From Calditrichia bacterium (GTDB taxonomy: Bacteria; Calditrichota; Calditrichia; RBG-13-44-9; J075): a DNA stretch of 64,000 nt. This document shows positions 1-8,850 of this stretch, in pieces; positions within the stretch are counted from its first letter, which is position 1; the number at the start of each line of letters is the position of its first letter. Both the position numbers and the translations under genes were made by a program. The notes below the pieces were generated by a model. The model was given only the letters and a program-made list of their open reading frames with translations, ran no database searches and was not told the origin of the DNA. The stretch covers positions 189,989-253,988 of the forward strand of contig JBOEGD010000010.1 in assembly GCA_050633245.1 (NCBI GenBank), in the 5' to 3' direction.

Positions 1-496
1 TATTTTCCGAGTCCTGTGAGACTCTCCAAACTTCCTTCTGTAATAGTGCCGCATAGAAGGCCGTTTTAACTCCGCTGAACACCTGCTGACGTGTGTATTC
101 GAAAGTATTCGACGTGAGCTTGTTCAGGTAACGCGCTGCCTGAATGGCGTATCCGGCCTGAAAGCTAAACAGCGTTTGGCGCAGAACAGCATTCATAGAA
201 TATTCATTAGAGAATGAAATTGGCACCTGAATCAAGCTATTATTCGGCCCAAGGGGCAGCGAAATTCTGTTCTCCTGAACATTTCGATTATACCCGCCAT
301 TAATTTCCAGCTGTGGTAGTGCCGTGGATACCGCGCTTAATTTTTCTGCCGAAGCGACTTTCAACTCAGCTCGAGCCAGCTGAATATCACCGTTTTGCTT
401 TTCGGCCAACTCCAGAACTTTCTTCAGATCATATTCACCCGCAAAGGCGCTGACCATCAGAAGCATGCTCATAAAGAGCATATTAATACGACTCAT
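1..496 (-). CDS. TolC-family outer-membrane efflux protein, partial (runs off the window start)
   Basis: Not in the ORF track. Manual translation from ATG 496, which overlaps the TetR stop (ATGA), gives MSRINMLFMSMLLMVSAFAGEYDLKKVLELAEKQNGDIQLARAELKVASAEKLSAVSTALPQLEINGGYNRN...VKTAFYAALLQKE. Signal peptide plus OEP-type helices; open to position 1. Confidence 0.8.
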   Translation of the reverse strand, partial: MSRINMLFMSMLLMVSAFAGEYDLKKVLELAEKQNGDIQLARAELKVASAEKLSAVSTALPQLEINGGYNRNVQENRISLPLGPNNSLIQVPISFSNEYSMNAVLRQTLFSFQAGYAIQAARYLNKLTSNTFEYTRQQVFSGVKTAFYAALLQKEVWRVSQDSEN

Positions 497-1086
497 GAAC
501 CTCTCCTTGTAATTCCATTAAGCATTATCTCTATAGTTGTAGACACAACATTGTTCTGTTTTTTTTGCGGAAAGTTTTTTATCCAGTCCAGGCTTAAAAA
601 GGTGGTCATTAAGACCATTGATTCTGCGCATACGTCAGCATCTGCGACATCAAAGATTTGCGACTCTATTCCATCGTGTAGAATGGGCAGAATTCTTTGT
701 TTCAACAAATCGTTCAGGTGACTTTCAATCGGTTCTCCGTGTGGGGAATGCTCGCACATATATTCAGGCATCTTCTCCATCTCACGTACATGGTCTTGCA
801 AACCGCTATGCATTTTTTGAAAGAACTGACGTAATTTTTCGTCTGCGGAAAGCTCCGGGGCAATTGATGTAGCGATGTCGTCAATAAAGTATTCAGCCTC
901 TTCCAGAACAATCTCCTGAAAAAGGGCTTCCTTATTGCTGTAATAATAATAGAGGGTCGGTTTGGCAAGATTACTTTGGCGGGCAATATCATCCATTGAC
1001 GTTTTAGTATAACCAAAATGGAAGAATAGCTCTCGAGCAGCTTTTTTGATAATCTGTCGTTTTCCGCTATCAGACTGTGTAGCCAT
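493..1086 (-). CDS. TetR/AcrR family transcriptional regulator
   Basis: N-terminal HTH IIKKAARELFFHFGYTKTSMDDIARQSNLAKPTLYYYYSNKEALF; lies upstream of a TolC gene. Confidence 0.95.
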   Translation of the reverse strand: MATQSDSGKRQIIKKAARELFFHFGYTKTSMDDIARQSNLAKPTLYYYYSNKEALFQEIVLEEAEYFIDDIATSIAPELSADEKLRQFFQKMHSGLQDHVREMEKMPEYMCEHSPHGEPIESHLNDLLKQRILPILHDGIESQIFDVADADVCAESMVLMTTFLSLDWIKNFPQKKQNNVVSTTIEIMLNGITRRGS

Positions 1087-1098
1087 GAAAATCTCAAC

Positions 1099-1152
1099 TT
1101 TCGACTTTTTTCATAATTAGTCGAAATTATATTTTTTTTACGATCAAGTCAA
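1099..1152 (-). promoter_or_regulatory. Putative TetR operator (inverted repeat TTTCGACT-N12-AGTCGAAA, 1099-1126) overlapping a sigma70-like promoter
   Basis: Perfect 8-bp inverted repeat 12 bp upstream of the tetR start; TTGACT and TATAAT/TAATTT elements on the minus strand at 1124-1152. Confidence 0.55.
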
Positions 1153-1357
1153 TCATTACTTTCGAAAGTTTGTGAAAAAGGTTACAAACAATATTATTTC
1201 TTTTCCAAATAGAAAGAAATTAAGTCTTTTGGAAAGACTATTCGTTCATTTGTCAGGTAACTTTATGGTGTATGGGGAAGGTTAAAAGTGCGGTTTGAAG
1301 GTGAAACTTATTGTGTTGAGGGAAATTTATTGTGAAGGAAAGAGTGTGTCTACATAC

Positions 1358-1422
1358 AAAAAAAGGCTTCGAGCCATAACCCGAAGCCAAAAAAACAGGC
1401 GCAACCTCCCATGGCTGCCGCC
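1358..1422 (-). terminator. Two tandem stem-loops, each followed by a U-run (intrinsic terminators or 3' part of an sRNA)
   Basis: Minus strand reads GGCGGCAGCC-ATGGGA-GGTTGCGCC-TGTTTTTTT then GGCTTCG-N10-CGAAGCC-TTTTTTT. Confidence 0.6.
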
Positions 1423-1571
1423 AGTCAAAGCCTATAGAAAATTACTAACGTTGTAATATACAATGGTTTAATAAAAGCCTTTGTCATAATCTCAACATAA
1501 TTCATGTCGAATTATCGCGACAAAAAGCTATTCATTAGTCAGAGCAACAAAAATGGAAGCGCTTGGAATTG

Positions 1572-1997
1572 TTATCGTGGAATATTTCCCAGCTTGGATA
1601 GAAACCCATGATCCTTTTCCGCCAGCCGGCGAATAAGCTCACGAAAGCTGACATGCCCTTCCCTTGCATGTAGTCCCTGACGATCCCATTTCATTGAGGG
1701 AAGCGTTTTGAGAGTACGGACAAGCATTCTGCGGTTTTCCAGAAAGCTGCTCATTAAAGCGCGCGTGTCTGGTGTGATAGAAGCTCCACGCGAACGCTTA
1801 ATCTCGGGAATATATGGGTTTTCTTCTTCGAGGATCTTCTTCAGTCGATATTCAACTATTTCCTCTTCCATCTCAGTAAGGTCAGCAATACAATTACTAA
1901 CTTGAGATGACTCAGCGGTGGTACTCAACTCTTTTAACAGGGTTTCATACTTTTGGTAATTACTTTCAACGGCGTCAATCAGGTCTCTCACATCCAT
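1572..1997 (-). CDS. DinB/YfiT-like protein
   Basis: Start MDVRDL follows a GGAGG RBS. Motifs LKKILEEENPYIP, FLENRRMLVRTLKTL..MKWDRQGLH..EGHVSFRELIRRLAEKDH match the DinB_2 helical-bundle pattern. Confidence 0.7.
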   Translation of the reverse strand: MDVRDLIDAVESNYQKYETLLKELSTTAESSQVSNCIADLTEMEEEIVEYRLKKILEEENPYIPEIKRSRGASITPDTRALMSSFLENRRMLVRTLKTLPSMKWDRQGLHAREGHVSFRELIRRLAEKDHGFLSKLGNIPR

Positions 1998-2199
1998 GAA
2001 AGTGCGGCCTCCTAACAAATGGTCCAATATTTCCAGGTGTTTTATACCAAGAGCGAAATATGGGGGTCTTTCTCTCAAGATGGTTTTATAAGTTCAGACA
2101 AATATCTGAAGCGCGTGTCACAAGATCATTAAAAAATGTATAACTCTACATGGCGTTTACTTTAAGTACGCGACAACATAAGCATAGAAATGCCAAACA

Positions 2200-2850
2200 T
2201 CAATTCATTTCTATCAACTTTTCCTTAATTGCGTAGCGAATGATATCTGCATTTGTTTTCATATTCAGTTTTGTAAGCAAGCGCGCGCGGTGAGTACTAA
2301 CAGTGCTTGTACTTACCTTCAGTTCACTGGCGATTTCTTTTATACCCAAGCCCTTTGAAATCAACTCAAGAACCTGAAATTCCCGCGAAGACAAGAGCTC
2401 ACGTGGCATCTTTTTGTTACTCTCTTCTTTAAGCTGGAAAGCCAGTTGTTCCGCCACGCCCGGACTAATATACATACCGCCATCTACAATTTTATCCATA
2501 GCGGTAATCAATTCCCGTGCGGCTCCGGCCTTGGTTAAATAACCACTTGCGCCAGCTTTTATCGCTTGAACGGCATATTGTTCTTCGGAATACATGCTGA
2601 TGATAAGAACTTTGGTATCGGGGCGTTCTTTCTTGATCTCATCTAAAATTTCAAGACCATTTTTGCCCGGCATGGAAATATCAAGCAAGACCAAATCGTA
2701 TTCATTCGCATTGAGCTGGCTGTCTATTTCGCCGGCATCACTGGCTTCATGAACAATGGCTTTTTTAGAATAGCCTTGCAAAATTTGCGACAGCCCCTGA
2801 CGAAAAATCGGGTGATCATCCGCAACAAGAATTTTTACATTATTTCTCAT
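2200..2850 (-). CDS. NarL/LuxR-family response regulator (UvrY/NreC-like)
   Basis: REC motifs ILVADDH, LLDISMPG, GYLTK; LuxR HTH LSSREFQVLELISKGLGIKEIASEL. Confidence 0.95.
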   Translation of the reverse strand: MRNNVKILVADDHPIFRQGLSQILQGYSKKAIVHEASDAGEIDSQLNANEYDLVLLDISMPGKNGLEILDEIKKERPDTKVLIISMYSEEQYAVQAIKAGASGYLTKAGAARELITAMDKIVDGGMYISPGVAEQLAFQLKEESNKKMPRELLSSREFQVLELISKGLGIKEIASELKVSTSTVSTHRARLLTKLNMKTNADIIRYAIKEKLIEMN

Positions 2851-3004
2851 AAAAAAAACACCGCGTTATGCGATTAAAAAAGGCAAGATTCATCTTAGAT
2901 TTTAAAAGATAAGATCATTCTTTTCAATAGACAAGCAGTGAAATTCTTGTCGTGAAATCACGGAGGGTTGTCACCTATCTCCTACAGTCAGATCCAGACA
3001 TGTG

Positions 3005-3637
3005 TTATTCAACCAATCCTTCACTCAACGCATAGCGAATCAGCTCGGCATTTGTGCTCATATCCAGCTTCTTCAGAATTCGCGAGCGATGCGTGCTAAC
3101 CGTGCTGGTACTCAAAGCAAGTTCGCTGGCTATTTCCTTGATTCCCTGTCCAACTGCGAGCATGCAAAGAATCTGTGTTTCTCTTGCAGACAGACGCGTA
3201 TGGCGTGGGGCCTGTACATCTCCCTTTATCTGAAAAGCAAGCTGTTCGGCAACCGATGGAGAAATATACAAATCGCCACGCGCTGTTTTTTCGACGGCAT
3301 CTACCAGAATTTTTGCGGCACCATTTTTGGTTATATATCCAGATGCTCCGGCGGTAATAGCGCGAATGGCATACTGCTCTTCCGAGTGCATACTCACCAT
3401 CAGAACATTAATCTCCGGCCAATCCTTCTTTACATTTTCCAGAACTTCAAGACCATTTCTACCCGGCATGGAAATATCCATTACCAATAGATCGAAACGT
3501 CCATTGCGACAGTGATGCAATACTTCAGCACCATCACTGGCTTCTTCCACATGTAGATCTTCATAGTGATTTTCTAATATTTGACGCAAACCCTGACGAA
3601 AAATCGGGTGATCATCGGCAATTAATATTCTAAGCAT
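3005..3637 (-). CDS. NarL/LuxR-family response regulator (paralogue of 2200..2850)
   Basis: ILIADDHPIFRQGL, VMDISMPG, LSARETQILCMLAVGQGIKEIA; overlaps the end of the kinase gene. Confidence 0.95.
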   Translation of the reverse strand: MLRILIADDHPIFRQGLRQILENHYEDLHVEEASDGAEVLHHCRNGRFDLLVMDISMPGRNGLEVLENVKKDWPEINVLMVSMHSEEQYAIRAITAGASGYITKNGAAKILVDAVEKTARGDLYISPSVAEQLAFQIKGDVQAPRHTRLSARETQILCMLAVGQGIKEIASELALSTSTVSTHRSRILKKLDMSTNAELIRYALSEGLVE

Positions 3638-6548
3638 CTGCTACATCCTCTTGTTTGGACAACGGAACGGAGACAATTACAGTCGTTCCCTTTCCCTCTT
3701 CACCCTGTATATCAAACTTTCCATCGAGAAAACGTACTCTCTCGCGCATACCCAACAATCCAAGCGAACGCGAACCGTGAATTTCTGCAGAGCTAATTCC
3801 AACCCCATTGTCGCTAACGGTTAAACGCAGTGAATCGCCAACCTTTTCCATTTGAATGGTTATCAACGTTGCTTTAGCATGCCGCAAAATATTGGTAAGC
3901 GCCTCCTGGAAGATGCGAAAAATGCCGTTGGAGTATTCCTCATTAAGCTGCACGCTTTCTGCCTTATTATAAAGCTCGCAGGCAATTCCGGTTTGTTGCT
4001 GAAATCGTCGCGTTTGCCAATTGATGGCTGCTGCAAATCCCAAATGATCTAATACGCTCGGTCGAAGGTCTTGCGAAATGCGACGCATTTTCTTTATCGT
4101 TCCCTCCACCATCTCGGACATGGAGTGCGTTTTTTGACGTAACTCTTCACTATCGGCAGGGAGTTGCCCTTCCAGCCAGCTCAGGTTCATTAAAAAAATA
4201 GAGAGATCCTGCCCAAGGTCGTCGTGAATCTCGCGAGCAATATGAGTGCGTTCTTCTTCTCTGGCGGTTTCAACCCGTGCCGTCAGTTTCTGCAGCTGTT
4301 CCCGCGAATTGGTAAGCTCCGTTTCCGCCAGCTTGCGTTCCTGAATTTCACCATTGAGCTGTTCATTGCTCGCTTTCAGCCTGGCGGTGCGCTCGGCAAC
4401 CAGTTCCTCAAGATGTTCGCGATGCTTACGCAATTCATCCTGTGCTTCCATGGTATTCGTAATGTCTACCCCGGAACTCAGCGTTCCCAGAACGGTGCCA
4501 TCAGCATCCTTCAGCAGAGCATTGTGCCATGCGATGATTTTTTCAGCTCCTTTTCGGGTGACGACCGCATTTTCATAATACGGCTTCAGTTCCTGCTTAC
4601 CCTTTATCACGTGTTCGAACTCGGTTACAGCTTCTTTGCGCTTGCGGGCAGGCCGAAAATTATCGAACCAATTTTTTCCAATGATATCTTTTTCAGAAAA
4701 TCCAAGGATCTCACAACCCTTGCGGTTAATCAGCTCGACGCGTTTTTTTGTATTAATAACAAGAAACATCGTTCCGGCGGTATCGAGATATACCTGGGCA
4801 CGATCGCGTTCCTGAATAATCTGCTGCTCTGCAGTCTTTCTCTTGGTGATATCGCGAATGGCCGCCAACAGGTGTTTTTGGCCGCTATAGTTTACTGGAG
4901 ACAATCGCACCTCCGCAAACAGGGCTTCACCTGATTTGCGATGTTCAACCGACTCCATCGAAACCGGCTGACCAGCCGAGTCTATTAAGCCAAGCTGTGC
5001 AGCACGTTCATAGTAAGCCAAAAACCCGTCTTTTTTCTTACTGCGCTCAATAAGCTCTTCTTTCGTATATCCAAACATCCGGCATGCAGCGGGATTTGCA
5101 TCAATAACAATACCGGCAACATCCGTCATCACCAGTCCATCCCCTACAGTTTCAAAGATATTGCGATACTGCTCAATACTTTCGCGAAGCGCAGCCTCAG
5201 CTTCTTCACGGCGGGTAATGTTTACATACATGGCGCGGGTGCCAATGGGGTTTCCATCATTATCATAATCCGGCAATGCATGCAACAAGGTACGGATTTT
5301 CATGCCATCATGCGCAATCAGTTCGCGCTCTTCATCGAAAAAGTCTCCATGGAGGAGCTGCTCATAACCGCCCTCTTTCAAACGGGAGCGAGACTTCTCG
5401 GAATAAAACTCTTCCAGACTGCGGTTTACCACATCATCATATTCATAGCCGGTACTGGATAAGAACTGCTGGTTACAGTCGATTATTCTTGGTTTGCCAT
5501 CCTGATGTCTGGTGATGATATACATCAGCGGTGCGGCTTCAAAAATACGGCGATACTTTTCTTCAGCAGTTTTCGTTTTCACCTCTGCTTCGCGACGCTC
5601 GCGAATTTCATTCTTTAGGATCGTATTGGCATGCTGTAATTCTGCAGTACGCTCTTGCACTCGCTGCTCGAGTTCTGCCTTCGCCTGCTGCAAAGAGCGT
5701 TCTGCACGTCGGCGTTCTGTAATATCACGAACAATCATCAGCACTTCGTTTTCACCTGAGATTACCATTCGTGCTTCAAAATCGCGTTCTTCCGGATCTG
5801 AGCCTGAAACCGGCATGCGATATTCAAACAGCTCAGGCTCATTGGTTGCCAAAACCCGTTCAATACGTCCCATTCCCACTTTTGCGGCAGCCAGCGGAAT
5901 AACCTCATGAATCATTTTTCCGGGAACCTTTTCAACCTGCAAACCGTGCATTGTACCATTATTTGCCAGCGAATCGATGTAGCGCCCTTCTCCATTTACC
6001 CGAAACAGTAAATCCGGCACCGCATGTAAAATCGTGGTATTTTTCATTTCCGACTGATGGAGTGCCATTTCTATGCGCTTGCGTTCGGTAATGTCTACCC
6101 CGATCCATGCTTCCCACTTGCGCTCTCCCTTCTCATCTCTCATCACCTTACGGCTCCACGCAATATTATGCTGCGAACCGCCTCGTGACGAAAGAATGGT
6201 TTCAAAATAACTGGAATCGTGAAAGTGCGTTATTCCCTCGGTGCGCTTGGTGAGGATTTTCTGAAGTTCCTGCGGTAGTTTTTTCAGCGGCTTGCCAATA
6301 ACGGTCGAAGCTTTTAGTCCGGTCATTCCCTCAAATGCCTGATTGAAACGCAGCACTCTGCCTGAAGAATCAAGAGCAATCATCAGGGCAGCGCTTGTAT
6401 CGAGTATAACAGAAGAGAACTCGTTGCTCTCCTGTTGACGGCGGCTGTTGTTAATCGAATGATAGACCAGCGTTATCACCAAAGTCAGGATGATAAGCGT
6501 TCCAAAAACGATTCCAAGTATTAGATTGGCTAACGCCGGCTCAGACAT
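3630..6548 (-). CDS. Multi-PAS sensor histidine kinase (HisKA_3/NarX type), single N-terminal TM
   Basis: Several PAS/PAC ends (DITERK, DITERR, NITRR, DITKRK, DITNT); H-box EERTHIAREIHDDLGQ; FQEALTNILRHA, DNGVG, GLLGMRER. Confidence 0.95.
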   Translation of the reverse strand: MSEPALANLILGIVFGTLIILTLVITLVYHSINNSRRQQESNEFSSVILDTSAALMIALDSSGRVLRFNQAFEGMTGLKASTVIGKPLKKLPQELQKILTKRTEGITHFHDSSYFETILSSRGGSQHNIAWSRKVMRDEKGERKWEAWIGVDITERKRIEMALHQSEMKNTTILHAVPDLLFRVNGEGRYIDSLANNGTMHGLQVEKVPGKMIHEVIPLAAAKVGMGRIERVLATNEPELFEYRMPVSGSDPEERDFEARMVISGENEVLMIVRDITERRRAERSLQQAKAELEQRVQERTAELQHANTILKNEIRERREAEVKTKTAEEKYRRIFEAAPLMYIITRHQDGKPRIIDCNQQFLSSTGYEYDDVVNRSLEEFYSEKSRSRLKEGGYEQLLHGDFFDEERELIAHDGMKIRTLLHALPDYDNDGNPIGTRAMYVNITRREEAEAALRESIEQYRNIFETVGDGLVMTDVAGIVIDANPAACRMFGYTKEELIERSKKKDGFLAYYERAAQLGLIDSAGQPVSMESVEHRKSGEALFAEVRLSPVNYSGQKHLLAAIRDITKRKTAEQQIIQERDRAQVYLDTAGTMFLVINTKKRVELINRKGCEILGFSEKDIIGKNWFDNFRPARKRKEAVTEFEHVIKGKQELKPYYENAVVTRKGAEKIIAWHNALLKDADGTVLGTLSSGVDITNTMEAQDELRKHREHLEELVAERTARLKASNEQLNGEIQERKLAETELTNSREQLQKLTARVETAREEERTHIAREIHDDLGQDLSIFLMNLSWLEGQLPADSEELRQKTHSMSEMVEGTIKKMRRISQDLRPSVLDHLGFAAAINWQTRRFQQQTGIACELYNKAESVQLNEEYSNGIFRIFQEALTNILRHAKATLITIQMEKVGDSLRLTVSDNGVGISSAEIHGSRSLGLLGMRERVRFLDGKFDIQGEEGKGTTVIVSVPLSKQEDVADA

Positions 6549-7156
6549 AAAAATCCCCAGCTATGGAGCAGATTCGCAATAATGTTCGTAAAGGAATGAA
6601 TAATCCAGAGGGATCGTGAGTTTTCTTCCTCGAGGACATATCCAAGTGTATAGAACAGCGATGTTCCCGCGAAGTAAAACAATAGTCCAAGAATGAACCA
6701 AAAGCGTTCATCCTGATGCACAATTCCCGCCTGACGCTCTATGAGGCCATAAAGAGCCAAAACACAAAGTATCGAAAATATAACACATTGAATGCTTAAA
6801 GTAACAAAATTTAATCGATGTAGGCTACCGATAAAATATTGAGAAACAATCCAAACGCTGATTAATAAACCAAGGCTTAAATTAAGATAGACTCGCATTT
6901 GCGGGCGTTTCGCCCAAAGGTAGAGCAAATAAGCGAGCCAAACGCTTTGAACCGGTATCATCAGGTTTAAAATCCAGATATTGTTGATCCGCATTCCGGC
7001 AAGCCACATCATCCCCAACTGTACGATTGTAAGAAAAACGATATAAGACCAAAACAAACCATTGGCCAGATTGAAGGATTTTCGAACTGAGATGCCAATG
7101 GTAAACGGCAGAAGGATTGAAACGGCAGATAGAAGTGCGTGTATCGGGTAGTTCAT
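6530..7156 (-). CDS. Polytopic (about 7 TM) membrane protein coupled to the sensor kinase
   Basis: About seven hydrophobic segments; motifs NNIWILN and FWFILGLLFYFAGT; 19-bp overlap with the kinase start. Confidence 0.8.
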   Translation of the reverse strand: MNYPIHALLSAVSILLPFTIGISVRKSFNLANGLFWSYIVFLTIVQLGMMWLAGMRINNIWILNLMIPVQSVWLAYLLYLWAKRPQMRVYLNLSLGLLISVWIVSQYFIGSLHRLNFVTLSIQCVIFSILCVLALYGLIERQAGIVHQDERFWFILGLLFYFAGTSLFYTLGYVLEEENSRSLWIIHSFTNIIANLLHSWGFLCLSRR

Positions 7157-7387
7157 TTTTTCCTCAGATTATGTATAAAATTAAGGCATTGGCCCGGCTA
7201 AACCAATGGTATGTAGAAAAATGATGTAAAAGTATCTGATCAATCTCTACGTAGAACAATGTAATTAAGTTGACTGCGTCTTTTTTCACCGCTAAATTAG
7301 ATGCCCGTTTGCATGCAACTATTGCAAAACTCGCGCATGCCGACACTATCAATATGTATAGAATGGACTTGCTGTAAAGGAGCAACA

Positions 7388-8707
7388 ATGAAATTAGATC
7401 AAAGATTAGAAAGCGTAGCCGTTTTAGGGGCTGGTGGTAAAATGGGTAGCGGGATCTCCCTGTTACTGGCGCGGGAAATGACGATGCTGCAGCTTAAGCA
7501 GGCAGACAAATCGTATCGTTTGACATTAATGGACATTAGCAGTGAGGCACTCGACGGATTAAAAGCCTATCTCGCCAAGCAGGCCGCACGCTATGTGCAG
7601 AAACAAGGCGAAAAGATGGCTGAAGAACTTCCCGGCATTCCTTCCGAAGCACTTGAAGAGACATTTGTAAACACAATGCAGGCAATACTCAATCCGATAA
7701 CAGATTTGAAAGAGTTGCCGCAAACCCACATGGTTTTCGAAGCAATTTTGGAAAAGACCGATCTGAAAATCCGTGTTTACAAAGAGCTTAAAGAGCGCTG
7801 CCCAAATCACACCTATTTCTTTAGCAACACGTCTTCTATTCCACTGCACACGCTCGACAAGGTTGCAGGACTTAGTGGACGCATCATCGGCTTTCACTTT
7901 TACAATCCACCGGCGGTCCAGAAGCTGGTCGAGCTGATTATTCCAAGTGACGTCGATCCGCAGCTTCCGGAGATCTCACGCGAAATCGGTAAACGCCTGG
8001 GAAAAATTATCATCCCGTCAAATGACCTGGCCGGATTTATTGGCAATGGTCATTTTATGCGCGACGGCCTGCACGGAATTTCGGAAGTTGAAACACTGCG
8101 CAACGAACTTGGTTTTGCCGGGGCGGTTCATGCTATAAATCGCGTGAGTCAGGATTTTCTGCTGCGCCCAATGGGCATCTTTCAACTAATAGACTATGTG
8201 GGTCTGGATATTTTTCAGAGCATTCTGAAAATTATGGACCCGGCATTTGGCGATGAACTGCTGCATAGCACGCTGATCGACAACCTGGTTGAGTCTGGCG
8301 TTCGTGGAGGACAGTATTCCGATGGAAGTCAAAAAAACGGCTTCTTCAAATATGAGGCGGGTAAGCCCGTTGCTGTTTACAGTCTTGACGACAACAATTA
8401 TTTAGCTCTCGGAGAACACTGGCAATCAGCTGCCGACAATCTTCTTGGCTCTCTCCCTGATGGGTATGAACCGTGGAAAACACTGGTTCGCGATCCGGAT
8501 CGTAATGCCAAACTGACCAGCCACTTTCGGAAGCTGGGTGCTCTCGGCAGCAATGGCGCAGAGCTGGCAAAATCGTATTTATTGCGTTCCAAGGCGATCG
8601 GCGAAAAGTTGGTGTCTGATGGTGTTGCCAACAATGCAGACGACGTAAACGGTGTATTAATGAATGGCTTTTTTCATCTGTATGGTCCGATAAATGACTA
8701 TGCCTAG
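7388..8707 (+). CDS. 3-hydroxyacyl-CoA dehydrogenase family protein
   Basis: Rossmann VAVLGAGGKMGSGI; VFEAILEK, FSNTSSI, GFHFYNPP, PMGIFQLIDYVGLD; AAGGAG RBS before ATG 7388. Confidence 0.9.
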   Translation: MKLDQRLESVAVLGAGGKMGSGISLLLAREMTMLQLKQADKSYRLTLMDISSEALDGLKAYLAKQAARYVQKQGEKMAEELPGIPSEALEETFVNTMQAILNPITDLKELPQTHMVFEAILEKTDLKIRVYKELKERCPNHTYFFSNTSSIPLHTLDKVAGLSGRIIGFHFYNPPAVQKLVELIIPSDVDPQLPEISREIGKRLGKIIIPSNDLAGFIGNGHFMRDGLHGISEVETLRNELGFAGAVHAINRVSQDFLLRPMGIFQLIDYVGLDIFQSILKIMDPAFGDELLHSTLIDNLVESGVRGGQYSDGSQKNGFFKYEAGKPVAVYSLDDNNYLALGEHWQSAADNLLGSLPDGYEPWKTLVRDPDRNAKLTSHFRKLGALGSNGAELAKSYLLRSKAIGEKLVSDGVANNADDVNGVLMNGFFHLYGPINDYA

Positions 8708-8715
8708 TATTTTTT

Positions 8716-8750
8716 AGCGGACCGCAGCATGCTACGGTCCGCTTTTCTTT
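8716..8750 (+). terminator. Intrinsic terminator
   Basis: AGCGGACCG...CGGTCCGCT stem followed by TTTCTTT, just after the stop. Confidence 0.75.
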
Positions 8751-8850
8751 CTTCTTCCTTCCCCATATTGACATTCCCACCCCTTTGTGTTAGTTTCTGT
8801 AAATCTATTCCATCGTTGTAATTGGCCTATCGCAGAGGAGCAGCAACCGC

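Noticed and set aside
1161-1186. TGTAACC-N15-CGAA ECF-like promoter upstream of tetR (minus strand)
   Set aside because: Short motif that could arise by chance; a sigma70-like promoter overlapping the operator is a simpler explanation.
7301-7387. N-terminal extensions given by the ORF track (also 1998-2078, 46280-46327, 43154-43183)
   Set aside because: Downstream ATGs have clear RBSs and match the family N-termini.
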